Below, piece by piece: positions 1-9,099 of a stretch of DNA of 31,646 bases. A program made the position numbers and the translations under genes. The notes beneath the pieces are model-generated. The model was not told where the DNA came from and did not search any database. It worked only from the letters and a program-made list of their open reading frames with translations. Source of the DNA: a virus (lineage: Duplodnaviria; Heunggongvirae; Uroviricota; Caudoviricetes); the IMG/VR virus record IMGVR_UViG_648276671_000019, positions 1 to 31,646 of that record. One strand, given 5' to 3'. The first letter of the stretch is position 1; every line of letters starts with the position of its first letter.

Positions 1-699
1 TTACTGCGAAAGTTTGTTAATGGAAAGGAAGCCGCCAAAGTTGCCGACGTTATTGCGGAACTTACAACCGCTCAGGCATTTGCTGCATTTATCCTTCGTG
101 ATATCGGACGTTGGCTGGTCATATTCATCCGCGACAGCCGGACCGCTATAACCGCACTCGTCACCGCGATAGGTCCAGGTGCAGGTGTTGGCCAGCATGA
201 TACGTCCCGGAAAAACAGCGCCATCCGTTTCCGTCGGCGTGGACAGTACAAAGGAGGCACTCACCGCGCTCAGTTCGCTGCACTGCTCGATGCGCCAGCG
301 GCTGATCACCTCCTGCTCCGGATCGGCGTCACTGTTTCCGTTGACGAAGTTCACCGCATCCAGAAAACGGGCGTAAACCTTACGCCTGACCACCGTTCCG
401 CCGACCAGACTCTGCAGGTCTTCCGCCATCCCGGTGACCATGCCGTGCAGGTTAGAAACCGTCAGTGTCGGACGGGCAGCACTGCCCTTGCCGTTCAGTT
501 CAAATCCCGTCCCCTGAATGGGGTAGGCCTGATACTGCCGCCCCTGCCAGGTGACTGGTTCACCTTTTTCGTTCTGCTCATTACAGAAGAAATAACGATC
601 TCCACCGACCTCTGTCAGATCAATTTCCCAGAGCACGACCAGCGCGGATTGCTCCGTTTTAGTGCACTCATTGAGTGTTTCCTGCTGTATATCCTGCAT
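1..699 (-). CDS. L: Minor tail protein L
   Basis: 232-aa translation matches phage lambda gpL along its whole length as I recall it; TAA stop at 1-3; ATG overlaps the stop of the upstream M gene. Confidence 0.9.
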   Translation of the reverse strand: MQDIQQETLNECTKTEQSALVVLWEIDLTEVGGDRYFFCNEQNEKGEPVTWQGRQYQAYPIQGTGFELNGKGSAARPTLTVSNLHGMVTGMAEDLQSLVGGTVVRRKVYARFLDAVNFVNGNSDADPEQEVISRWRIEQCSELSAVSASFVLSTPTETDGAVFPGRIMLANTCTWTYRGDECGYSGPAVADEYDQPTSDITKDKCSKCLSGCKFRNNVGNFGGFLSINKLSQ

Positions 700-1040
700 C
701 AGTGAGTAACCTCTTCAAAGGTACAGTTAAAATCGGTATACATGGCATTATCCGAAATGCTCCACTCCCTGCAGACAACCCGGACAGTCCTGTTGTGTTT
801 TGGCGGACGCCACAAAAAAGCACGAATCCCGGCATGACGGGATAAAAAACTGTCCAGCGCGGCACGGGAATATTCATCTGTGACACGAAATACCGGTTTA
901 AACGTTTTCAGATCCGCATTCAGACCACCAGCCCGTCGCTGTTCATATCCGTCACCAAACTTTACCGTAATAACTGATGGCTTTCGTGGCGTCTCCATCC
1001 CCTCACGGGGGATCCAGTTAAAAACTTCAGGCTCAGGCAC
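699..1040 (-). CDS. M: Minor tail protein M
   Basis: Lambda gpM-like translation (FGDGYEQRRAGGLNADLKT, FLWRPP); ORF-track start at 1085 is TTG; a GTG at 1040 has a GGAGGA Shine-Dalgarno 7 nt upstream and overlaps the H stop by 8 nt as in lambda. Confidence 0.75.
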   Translation of the reverse strand: MPEPEVFNWIPREGMETPRKPSVITVKFGDGYEQRRAGGLNADLKTFKPVFRVTDEYSRAALDSFLSRHAGIRAFLWRPPKHNRTVRVVCREWSISDNAMYTDFNCTFEEVTH

Positions 1041-4000
1041 TGTACAATCCTCCATCCCGACGCGATGACTGCATAATTGACACAACCCTGCTGTCGATCA
1101 GATCCACCAGTCCCCTGGCTGAGCGCGCATCTATCTCGCCATTGCTCCCTTGATTCTGAATGCTGATGTGATACACGGGAGAATAAACAAATCCCCCGCC
1201 ACCACTCACATTACCAATAGCTCTGACTCCAAGAGAGCCATCCGCTGCCCGGGTCAGTGGCATGATAGCTTCAGGCCCGGCCTCGCCCATCAGCCCGGCA
1301 CCTTTCGCAAAAGCAAAATACGTCGGGGTATCCACAATGGTGTTACTGTAAGCACTCAGATTTGCCGATGTGTAAACACCACCTTTTGCGTTTGCCACTG
1401 CACCGGAAAGCCAGTCGCCGACCGTACCAAGCCATCCTCCGGCACCGGACATGCTTTTGGAAAGTGACTTCAGCCCGTTAACGATGGCAGCGTTCATCAG
1501 AATTTTTGAAACTTCCCGGAGAACTGAGCTCCCCCAGTTTCTCCACTCCACAACATTCCCGGCCAGTGCATCGGAAATATTTGATACCAGCCCGTCCATC
1601 GTGGAAACGACAGCATCTGCCGCCTGTGAAGCATAATCGGCAGCACTGTCTGCCCAGTTCGTCAGTCCCTCTCTGAGTCCGGCATTCCAGTTATCACGCA
1701 AAGCATCGGCCTTTGCATAATAATCCTGCTGATCGCTGAGACGCTCTTCCAGATATTTTTCATTCAGCGCTTTTTCCTGTTTCCACAGGGCTTCTTCAAT
1801 TTCTCCGGTCTGATACTGCCTCAGCAGCTCATTATTTTTCTGCTCAAATTCCTGCCGGATACTCCACATTTCCTGGAGTCGTTCACGCATCCGTGAGCCT
1901 TCACCATATCCCAGCAACTGCGCTTCGTCAGATGCCCGGGCACTGGCATTACTGTCCGCCAGACTGCTCTCATACGCAGCAAGCTGCTCACGAATTTTTT
2001 TCTGGTCGATAAGTGCTGCATTCTGCAAAAGCGTTTGTTTCTGCGCTTCTGACAGGGTTGATAATTCGCCCTGACTGACCTGATATTTCATCTTAGCTAG
2101 TTCAGTATTTTGTCCTGCCAGCGCTATTTGTTCTTTTTGCTGCTTAATCAGTCGCTTATAAGCATCTTCCGTTTTTTCTGCTTCTGACTTACCTCTCCTG
2201 GGTTTATTGGCCTGATTATTTCGCCAGGCTTCCAGCCCGATGTTGATATAATCCTGACGAGCAATCTGATATTTATCGCCAATAAAACCAAGATCATCTG
2301 CAGCAAAACCAAGGCGTGCACGCTCTTTTTCCTCACCTTTAAGGCGGGAAAGCTCCAGCGCCTGTTTACTGCGTTTTATGGCATCCTGCTGCTTATCATC
2401 CAGGGTTGCCTGCGGCAGTCGTAACGGGGCATTCACCAGCCCCTGACGCTGCTGAAGTAACTCATTACCAAGCCCGAGAAGGCGATTAAACTCAGTATGC
2501 TGACCGTTCATGATCAACAGGGACTGATACGCTTTGTTTTGTTCCGCTGCCTGTTGACGGATCAACGCCACCCGTCGCTCCTCCAGCCCGGCAAGCACAT
2601 CCTGAATGGATTGCGCCTTGCCCTGCATTTGAGTGAGACGGGACTGTTCAACTGCCAGTTGATTTGTTGCTTCTGCAAGCCCTTTAAGGATGATTTCAGC
2701 ACCCGAACCACTCTGCGAACTTTCATCAAGCCAACGTTGATAGTCAGCAATTTGATTTTTCAGTCCGCGAATTTTTCCTTCCTGTTCGCTAATCAGGCGA
2801 TTTTGTTCCTCCAGTGCCTTCCGCGTCTTTTCTTCATTATCTGACGTTTCAGGAAGCGACATTGCCGACGTTTTCTGGCGAATTTCGTCGATTGTTGCGG
2901 CATACTGGCGTGCAGATTCTCTGGCCTGCTCCTGATTCTGATACATCGTGTACCAGGCCGCGGCCCCCAGCATGACAAGCCCCGGCACACCACCAACCAG
3001 CCCCAGCGCACCACTTAACAGACGGCTCCCCACTGACGTAACATTATTCAGCGTTGTCTGTGCCGCTGTTCTGGCCACAATATTACGGGTAAGTGACGCC
3101 TGAGCAGCTGTCAGCTTCGCTTCTGCTGCGGCCTGCCTTTCGGTACCACGAGCAGCAACAACCGCCTGTTGCGCACGATAAACCGCCGCACGCGCCCTGG
3201 CGGTTGCTATCTGTGTCCCCCGAAGTTGCGCTTCAGCAAGAGACACTTCATTTCTGGCCGCAGTGATTAGCCCGGCAGTTGCAGAGCCAGCAGAAGACGC
3301 CATATTGCCAAAATATCGGGCTACCCCGACGGCAACCAGAGCACCGGCAGCGGTTGCCACAGTGTCAATATTGCCTGCAATACCATTCAGCACACCGGAG
3401 AGCGTCTTCGTCACTCCGCTTGCCTCGTTCGCACCACCAACCCAGGCCATAAAGGCGTTTTCAACTTTGGTTGCAGAGGATGAAACCGTATCAGGCATTG
3501 CCGCATATTCATCACGTAATGCCCCAAGCTGACTAATCAGTGCAGGAACAACCTTATCGGCGGTCAACTTTCCGTTATCCGCCATGGCCTTCAGATCCTT
3601 ACGGGCAACTCCCATTCCCGCAGCCAGCGCACGAATAACACGATCACCGTTCTCATTCACCGAGTTAAACTCTTCACCGCGCAGCACTCCCTGCGCCAGA
3701 GCCTGACTGAACTGCGTGATCACCGAACTGGCTTCTGCTGTACTGGCACCGGATAATTTCAGGCCCGTGGAGATCGCCTCGGTGACTTTCAGTACCTCCT
3801 CAGAACTGTAACCATACTCCCGCATGGAAGCTGCAGAGCGGGCAAAAAGGCTGGCGTTATCAGAAAAAGCCGTCCCCGTTCTCTGGCTGATCGCCATTAA
3901 TTCACGCTGTGATGACTGAAAATCATCACTGGACTGTGAGGCCTGCTTCAGACGGGCATTTACTGAATTCCACTCATCGGCGAGAGAAATAAGATGACCG

Positions 4001-4248
4001 GTAGCAAAAGCCCCGGCAAATGCCCCCGCCATGTTCAGTGCCGAAGATTTAGCTGTATTTATCTGATCCGTCACTTCTGCCAGTGCACGCCGCATTTCAC
4101 GGGATGCAGCAGCGGACTGCCGGCCTCCGTTCTGCATGGTACGGTAGTAATCCTGCCCCATACGCGAAGCCCGGGCGATCTCTGACTGGAATGACCGGGA
4201 ATTTGCCGAGATTTTAATAATCAGTTCACGTAATGTCGCCACACTCAT
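1033..4248 (-). CDS. H: Tail tape measure protein (lambda gpH-like)
   Basis: 1071-aa ORF between the G-T chaperone genes and M; long Ala/Gln-rich coiled-coil middle and a C-terminal region resembling lambda gpH. Confidence 0.9.
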   Translation of the reverse strand: MSVATLRELIIKISANSRSFQSEIARASRMGQDYYRTMQNGGRQSAAASREMRRALAEVTDQINTAKSSALNMAGAFAGAFATGHLISLADEWNSVNARLKQASQSSDDFQSSQRELMAISQRTGTAFSDNASLFARSAASMREYGYSSEEVLKVTEAISTGLKLSGASTAEASSVITQFSQALAQGVLRGEEFNSVNENGDRVIRALAAGMGVARKDLKAMADNGKLTADKVVPALISQLGALRDEYAAMPDTVSSSATKVENAFMAWVGGANEASGVTKTLSGVLNGIAGNIDTVATAAGALVAVGVARYFGNMASSAGSATAGLITAARNEVSLAEAQLRGTQIATARARAAVYRAQQAVVAARGTERQAAAEAKLTAAQASLTRNIVARTAAQTTLNNVTSVGSRLLSGALGLVGGVPGLVMLGAAAWYTMYQNQEQARESARQYAATIDEIRQKTSAMSLPETSDNEEKTRKALEEQNRLISEQEGKIRGLKNQIADYQRWLDESSQSGSGAEIILKGLAEATNQLAVEQSRLTQMQGKAQSIQDVLAGLEERRVALIRQQAAEQNKAYQSLLIMNGQHTEFNRLLGLGNELLQQRQGLVNAPLRLPQATLDDKQQDAIKRSKQALELSRLKGEEKERARLGFAADDLGFIGDKYQIARQDYINIGLEAWRNNQANKPRRGKSEAEKTEDAYKRLIKQQKEQIALAGQNTELAKMKYQVSQGELSTLSEAQKQTLLQNAALIDQKKIREQLAAYESSLADSNASARASDEAQLLGYGEGSRMRERLQEMWSIRQEFEQKNNELLRQYQTGEIEEALWKQEKALNEKYLEERLSDQQDYYAKADALRDNWNAGLREGLTNWADSAADYASQAADAVVSTMDGLVSNISDALAGNVVEWRNWGSSVLREVSKILMNAAIVNGLKSLSKSMSGAGGWLGTVGDWLSGAVANAKGGVYTSANLSAYSNTIVDTPTYFAFAKGAGLMGEAGPEAIMPLTRAADGSLGVRAIGNVSGGGGFVYSPVYHISIQNQGSNGEIDARSARGLVDLIDSRVVSIMQSSRRDGGLYSA

Positions 4249-4287
4249 TCTCCGGACGAAAAAAACCGCCGAAGCGGTTATGTTGAC

Positions 4288-4976
4288 TCACTGAGACACT
4301 ATTAAAAGCGCGTTTTCCAGTCCGGAAAATGGATCTGAGGCGCCTTCTGTCTGCTCTTGTTCCCACTGAAGAAGCGCATCATTCAGCGGAACTTTAACAC
4401 CCTGCGCACCATAAACAGCTGAAACAATCTGGGCAGCCCGGATATCAGCCCGTTCGTCCCCCAGCGGGCTGAACCTGTCAAATTCAGCCCACATCATGAT
4501 TTCTGATGCGGACATTTCCCGGCGTAACTCTGACAATGTGCGCCCCATCCTGAGCGCCAGCATCATCAGAAAACGCATCCCCGGAAGCGCTACTTTTTTT
4601 TAACCTCTCCGGCATCACTGATCAGTTCCAGAGACTGCCGAAGAAGCCGCGCATGCACCGGGCCATACACGGCAATCACCTGTTCACGATCATCCTCTGA
4701 AAATACAGGTTGCAGTCCGGTATCACACAGAACATCAATGAACAGTTCAACGTCTGCCTCCAGATTTCGGCGGGCGCGCTCCGCAACGGATAACGGTGTC
4801 TCATCATCTTTTGCTTTAACGATCTCCTGCCAGCGCAACCAGGCTTCTGCAGAAGGTTCCCGTAATACAGCCGTTGCCCCTTCCCATTCAGGCACATCAA
4901 CAGTTTTATGGCGAAACCCCGACATCGTTGCCAGTGCCAGATTACGGATATTTTTAGTCATCACATCCATCCTCAT
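4288..4976 (-). CDS. Tail assembly chaperone G-T fusion made by programmed -1 ribosomal frameshift
   Basis: mRNA reads GUU AAA AAA AAG UAG; slipping back 1 nt at A_AAA_AAG continues VALPGMRFLMMLALR, which is exactly the 4288..4578 ORF frame; coordinate arithmetic confirms the -1 relation. Confidence 0.7.
4590..4976 (-). CDS. G: Tail assembly chaperone G
   Basis: 128-aa ORF directly upstream of the tape measure gene, ending GEVKKK-stop on an A-run; ATG overlaps the V stop (TAATG). Confidence 0.85.
   Translation of the reverse strand: MRMDVMTKNIRNLALATMSGFRHKTVDVPEWEGATAVLREPSAEAWLRWQEIVKAKDDETPLSVAERARRNLEADVELFIDVLCDTGLQPVFSEDDREQVIAVYGPVHARLLRQSLELISDAGEVKKK
4593..4599 (-). promoter_or_regulatory. 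Slippery heptamer A_AAA_AAG for the G to G-T -1 frameshift
   Basis: X_XXY_YYZ heptamer in the G frame, 3 nt before the G stop codon. Confidence 0.65.
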
Positions 4977-5680
4977 TAACTGACGGTTACAGTGCAGGAA
5001 GTGGAGGTCACTTTGTTAACCGGGCTTGCTGAATCAGAAATCTCGCAGGTATATGCGCCCGCATCACCGGATACTGCCGATGCCTTACTGAACGTTGCCG
5101 CCGTCTGTCCGGAAACAGGAGAACTACCTTTCTTCCAGACATAAGAATAAGGCGGCACACCACCGGCAGCCTCAACCATCATTTCGAGTTTTGCTCCGGC
5201 AGAAACCTGCAGCGTGCTGTTTAAATCGACCTTCACTTTCAGCGGCTCTGTCGTCAGCACAGGTTTACCTTTCAGGCGCAGGGAAAACGTTGCAGCCACA
5301 ACACCATTGGTTCCTGCAGACCAGGTATGCTGACGCACCTCTGCCATAAAGGTAAATCCGTTTCCTGACGGAAAAATAACTTTAAAGCCATACGTGGTGT
5401 CATTGTCATAGGCACTGCGCAACGCGTTCTGGGCAGCATTGAGGTAAAAGTTGCCTGACATGGAAATCTCTGACGCGGCACCAAGACCGTTAATATTTTC
5501 CTGCTCAACAGAACACAGCGTGGTGACATCAATATCCTGCTTTTGTCCTGCGGTAAACTGCACCTCTTTGATTGTACAGCTCAGGCCAAGATAGCTGGCA
5601 GAATCCAGGGTTTCTGCTGTTACCGGTGCAGACGAAATCATAATTTTCGTCAGTTGCGAACGCTCAAAATTAGAGGACAT
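4976..5680 (-). CDS. V: Major tail protein (gpV-like) with C-terminal Ig-like domain
   Basis: Position between tail-completion genes and G; ATG at 5680 preceded by AGGAGA; C-terminal PPYSYVWKKGSSPVSGQTAATFSKASAVSGDAGAYTC segment resembles Ig-like (Big_2) decoration domains. Confidence 0.8.
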   Translation of the reverse strand: MSSNFERSQLTKIMISSAPVTAETLDSASYLGLSCTIKEVQFTAGQKQDIDVTTLCSVEQENINGLGAASEISMSGNFYLNAAQNALRSAYDNDTTYGFKVIFPSGNGFTFMAEVRQHTWSAGTNGVVAATFSLRLKGKPVLTTEPLKVKVDLNSTLQVSAGAKLEMMVEAAGGVPPYSYVWKKGSSPVSGQTAATFSKASAVSGDAGAYTCEISDSASPVNKVTSTSCTVTVS

Positions 5681-5693
5681 ACTCGTCTCCTGA

Positions 5694-5718
5694 AAATAAA
5701 AAACCCGCCAGCGGCGGG
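5694..5718 (-). terminator. Rho-independent terminator-like hairpin upstream of the major tail gene
   Basis: On the minus strand, stem CCCGCC-GCT-GGCGGG followed by TTTTTTATTTT. Confidence 0.5.
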
Positions 5719-5739
5719 TGGGTAAAATCATTAACGGCC

Positions 5740-6084
5740 TCAGGCTATTACCTGAAATTCAAGCGTGGCTCTGCTCAGACGGGAATCAGGATCATAACCC
5801 TGCGTTTTAGAAATAACGGAGGGTGCCAGTTGCCTTACCGCATCAAGCGCCTGCTCACGGATATCATCTGCGTCATCAGGTACTGTTGCCCAGACATCGA
5901 TCTGCACGGTAATTCTGGATTCAGCCTGACCATCAAGCACATCAGACGTAGTGTCAGACACCACAGAAAATACCAGCCATGGCGGAGATACCGCAGGCTT
6001 TCCCTCCGTCAGCGGGACCACATAAGGATAAACCTGTCCTCCGGCCAGTTGAGACAGCAGGGAATACAGTGTGGTCTCTCTCAT
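5740..6084 (-). CDS. Putative tail terminator / tail completion protein
   Basis: 114-aa ORF immediately upstream of the major tail gene, ATGA-coupled to the preceding gene; function assigned by position only. Confidence 0.5.
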   Translation of the reverse strand: MRETTLYSLLSQLAGGQVYPYVVPLTEGKPAVSPPWLVFSVVSDTTSDVLDGQAESRITVQIDVWATVPDDADDIREQALDAVRQLAPSVISKTQGYDPDSRLSRATLEFQVIA

Positions 6085-6527
6085 TTACTTAAGACCTCAT
6101 CAATAGCCTGATTCATTCGCTGTATGGCAATCTGTGCTGCCAGTTCCTCTGTCGTATCGAAAGCCGGGCGAATGAACGGATGCGCGGGCATGTTTATCGT
6201 TCCCAGCTCCACAAAGCGCCAGTAAAACGCATTTCGGGGATCGCTGGCTTTCATGCTGTTATCACTGTTTCCGGTTCGCAGGTTCCGTCCGCGAATGTGG
6301 ACACCCGAGATAATTTCTCCCCGACGCTTTGAACGCTGCGTGAGAACAACCACATTTTTCTTCAGTTTCCCGGTTCGCTCCGGCGCACGCTCAACAACTG
6401 CATCCCGCATAACTTCAGCACCGGCACGGGTGGCATCGCGCAGAACCTTATTGTTTTCTGCCCTGCTGAGCGTCTCCAGATCCCGTGCAATATCCGCCAG
6501 GCCGGAAAAATCAAGACTGAAATCCAT
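6081..6527 (-). CDS. HK97 gp10-family head-tail connector component
   Basis: 148-aa ORF with ATG at 6527 overlapping the upstream stop; sequence (AHPFIRPAFD, basic middle region) recalls the HK97 gp10 family. Confidence 0.55.
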   Translation of the reverse strand: MDFSLDFSGLADIARDLETLSRAENNKVLRDATRAGAEVMRDAVVERAPERTGKLKKNVVVLTQRSKRRGEIISGVHIRGRNLRTGNSDNSMKASDPRNAFYWRFVELGTINMPAHPFIRPAFDTTEELAAQIAIQRMNQAIDEVLSK

Positions 6528-6865
6528 CACACATTCCCCTTCTGAGAACAGAGTATTTCAAGCCGGGTAGCGCGTGCATCCGGTATTGGTGGACCTTCTA
6601 TACCCAGAATGGCCCCTTTAAATGCACCGGTCAGCACTTTCAGACGTGAAGTCGCTGTCACATCGCGCCGGAATCTCATCCAGACTCTGACCGTAGCCTG
6701 AGCGGTTTCTGCTCCGCCTGAGATTATCTCCCTCCCGCTGATACCCTTAACTTCTGCCCATACGGTAGCTCCCTCCGTCACCGTCTCCACCGGATGCCCT
6801 GACGGAGAGCGGGCGGTGGTGACATTCAGAATAATTACGCGATCACGTAATCTGCCCGCCTGCAT
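6527..6865 (-). CDS. Head closure / head-tail joining protein
   Basis: 112-aa ORF with GGAGGAAGC Shine-Dalgarno; position and size typical of head-closure proteins after the gp6-like adaptor. Confidence 0.6.
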   Translation of the reverse strand: MQAGRLRDRVIILNVTTARSPSGHPVETVTEGATVWAEVKGISGREIISGGAETAQATVRVWMRFRRDVTATSRLKVLTGAFKGAILGIEGPPIPDARATRLEILCSQKGNV

Positions 6866-6873
6866 GCTTCCTC

Positions 6874-7191
6874 CTACAAAGGAATAAAACGATAAGGCTC
6901 CAGCAGAGAAGAAAAACCAAACGGGATTGGTGCCTTGCTGACATCTGAGGAATTTTCCCGGTTTTCGTACCAGTGCCCGACCAGCAACATGAGCGCCAGC
7001 AAAACATCATCAGCTATAAGCACCCCGTCAGGATCACCTTCCGGCACCGTCTCCTCATAAAGCTTACGGTTGATAAAATTTTCTGCCTTGCGGCAGGCCG
7101 CCCGGAAATACAGCATCAGTAACTCATCATCAGTTGCATCATCTGTATCAATACGGCACTGCGCCCTGAGTTTTTCCACTATTGCTGCCAT
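6874..7191 (-). CDS. Head-tail adaptor (gp6-like DNA-packaging/connector protein)
   Basis: ORF track gives 6874..7371, but the first ATG with an AGGAG Shine-Dalgarno is at 7191; upstream of it lies a terminator hairpin; the acidic N-terminus is typical of the family. Confidence 0.55.
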   Translation of the reverse strand: MAAIVEKLRAQCRIDTDDATDDELLMLYFRAACRKAENFINRKLYEETVPEGDPDGVLIADDVLLALMLLVGHWYENRENSSDVSKAPIPFGFSSLLEPYRFIPL

Positions 7192-7223
7192 CAGAAACTC
7201 CTGCCCGCAACACTGTGCGGGCA

Positions 7224-7246
7224 TAAAAAAACCGCGTCGGCGCGGT
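7224..7246 (-). terminator. Rho-independent terminator just downstream of the major capsid gene
   Basis: Minus strand stem ACCGCG-CCGA-CGCGGT followed by TTTTTTTAT; a second hairpin GCCCGCA-N6-TGCGGGC lies at 7203-7222. Confidence 0.6.
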
Positions 7247-7267
7247 CTGTAACTGAACAACGAGTGG

Positions 7268-8485
7268 TTATTTGCCAGTGAGCGCCTTGATGGCTGCCAC
7301 ATCTTCCAGCACACAGTCAAAACGATGGAAAGCCAGAAATGCCACCTGATCAAACTCAGCATAACGCTCAACCAGACGTTTCAGTTCCATATAAGTAACG
7401 CGGCGAATGATAAAGCGGTTGAAATCCCCCAGGAAAATGAATTTTTTTCCGGTACCAATCCCGTCAATAGCCTGATCAATAACATAAGGGATCCCCAGCA
7501 CAGTAGCCGGCGTACCGCCTGCAATATCCGGCAGCCATAACGGGCGTTTCTGTCCATCCTCCATCTCTTCAATAGTCTGCAATGTGGCATCATTGAATGC
7601 CCAGCGGTATTTCGGCCCACCACGATATGCCGGATCAATGGCATGTTTCAGGGCATTCATTTCTTTCCAGGTGAAAGCGGCAGAGGCTGCAGTCTGGATG
7701 GTTCCCGTCACCGACGCTGCCAGCCCTTTTGGCTGTAACGGTGATCCCGTTCCGGTCCCCTGAACCAGATATTTTGCCTCTCCACGACCAATACGCTGGG
7801 CAATACGGTTTGCCAGATAAGATTCAATATCCACCCCACTGTCCTGGAGCAGCTCATTGGACACACGAATTATTTTTGATGACAGCTTTTTAGCCCCCAG
7901 AATAGCGGTCCCGAACGTCACATCCTGTTCCGTTGCGGCTGTATTTTCCGCCAGCAGTTCGCCCTCTTCAGTCGTGCCATCAGACGTTGACCAGGTGATA
8001 TCCTGCCCGGTTGATGTGGTCAGAAGTTGCGCCACACTGGCAATCCCGCCATAAGCCTTCATGGTGTCAATGATTTTGTTACGCATCTGCGTGGGCACCG
8101 TATATCCGCCCTGAGAATCCGTTGTTACACTCTGAGCCCGCAGTTCACGCATCAGATTACGCTCTTCAGCATTCAGTTCTGCAAATCCGGCACGCAGAAA
8201 ACGGTTAAATGCCGCAGCGCGCTTCTCTTCCACCACCTTTTTCCCGTTCTCCGCCTCATTATTCTGGCGCTCTTCCGGCCCGGACTCATCCACATATGCC
8301 TGATCCTGACGGCGCAACTCTTCTTCACGGGCGATTTGCTCATCCAGCGCATCCAGCTCAGCTTTCGCCCTGTTCCACTCTGCCCGTTGCTCATCAGTCC
8401 ATGCGTTATCACCAATTTTTTCATGCAGTGCACGCATATCCTTTGCAATGGTGTTTCGTTTTTGCTTCATCTCATGAAGTTTCAT
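7268..8485 (-). CDS. Major capsid protein, HK97 family, with N-terminal delta (scaffolding) domain
   Basis: 405 aa; coiled-coil, charged N-terminal ~100 aa followed by a capsid-fold region; located after the prohead protease as in HK97. Confidence 0.85.
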   Translation of the reverse strand: MKLHEMKQKRNTIAKDMRALHEKIGDNAWTDEQRAEWNRAKAELDALDEQIAREEELRRQDQAYVDESGPEERQNNEAENGKKVVEEKRAAAFNRFLRAGFAELNAEERNLMRELRAQSVTTDSQGGYTVPTQMRNKIIDTMKAYGGIASVAQLLTTSTGQDITWSTSDGTTEEGELLAENTAATEQDVTFGTAILGAKKLSSKIIRVSNELLQDSGVDIESYLANRIAQRIGRGEAKYLVQGTGTGSPLQPKGLAASVTGTIQTAASAAFTWKEMNALKHAIDPAYRGGPKYRWAFNDATLQTIEEMEDGQKRPLWLPDIAGGTPATVLGIPYVIDQAIDGIGTGKKFIFLGDFNRFIIRRVTYMELKRLVERYAEFDQVAFLAFHRFDCVLEDVAAIKALTGK

Positions 8486-8499
8486 CGTCAGTAGTATCC

Positions 8500-9099
8500 T
8501 TATGCATTAAGAAGGGTCAAAAGACGCTCACGCGCCATTCGTTCGTTAACAGCTTTCTTCAGCGCACCACTCGCCCGCGCTTCCTGCCAGGCTTTCATTG
8601 AGCGGACACCAGAGTCTGCGTCCTGATAGGCCGGATATGTCACCGGGCTGACATCATACAGACGGGAAATGCGCGTGATTTCCCGGATAACAATCCCCTC
8701 GTCGTCTTCATACCAGCTCTCTCCATCACGGGCGACGCGAAACGCGAACGAGGACTGATTAATGTCACCACGCAACATTGGTGACAGCACCAGGTCACAA
8801 ATCGTCGGCGTATCCGGTGCAACAATGTCATAACGCAAACCACGTTCATCCACCGACAATGACAACGTGCCGGCAGAACTTCGTCCGAGAATGAAATTAG
8901 GATCATGATTAAACAAGCCACGTACATCATCATTCAGTACATCATCAAAAGCCCCCGGCTTGATGATTTCACGAAATCCCCACAGAGGTTCTGAACGACT
9001 GTTAAATACCGAGCCATACCCCAGAATGTGGGTCGGAGCATTATCATATTGTTCCGCCCGCACCTCCCCGCTGTAACAGCGCGTTTCACGGTCATTCAT
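8500..9099 (-). CDS. Prohead maturation protease, HK97 family
   Basis: 199 aa between portal and capsid genes; ATG overlaps the portal stop; resembles HK97-type prohead proteases. Confidence 0.85.
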   Translation of the reverse strand: MNDRETRCYSGEVRAEQYDNAPTHILGYGSVFNSRSEPLWGFREIIKPGAFDDVLNDDVRGLFNHDPNFILGRSSAGTLSLSVDERGLRYDIVAPDTPTICDLVLSPMLRGDINQSSFAFRVARDGESWYEDDEGIVIREITRISRLYDVSPVTYPAYQDADSGVRSMKAWQEARASGALKKAVNERMARERLLTLLNA

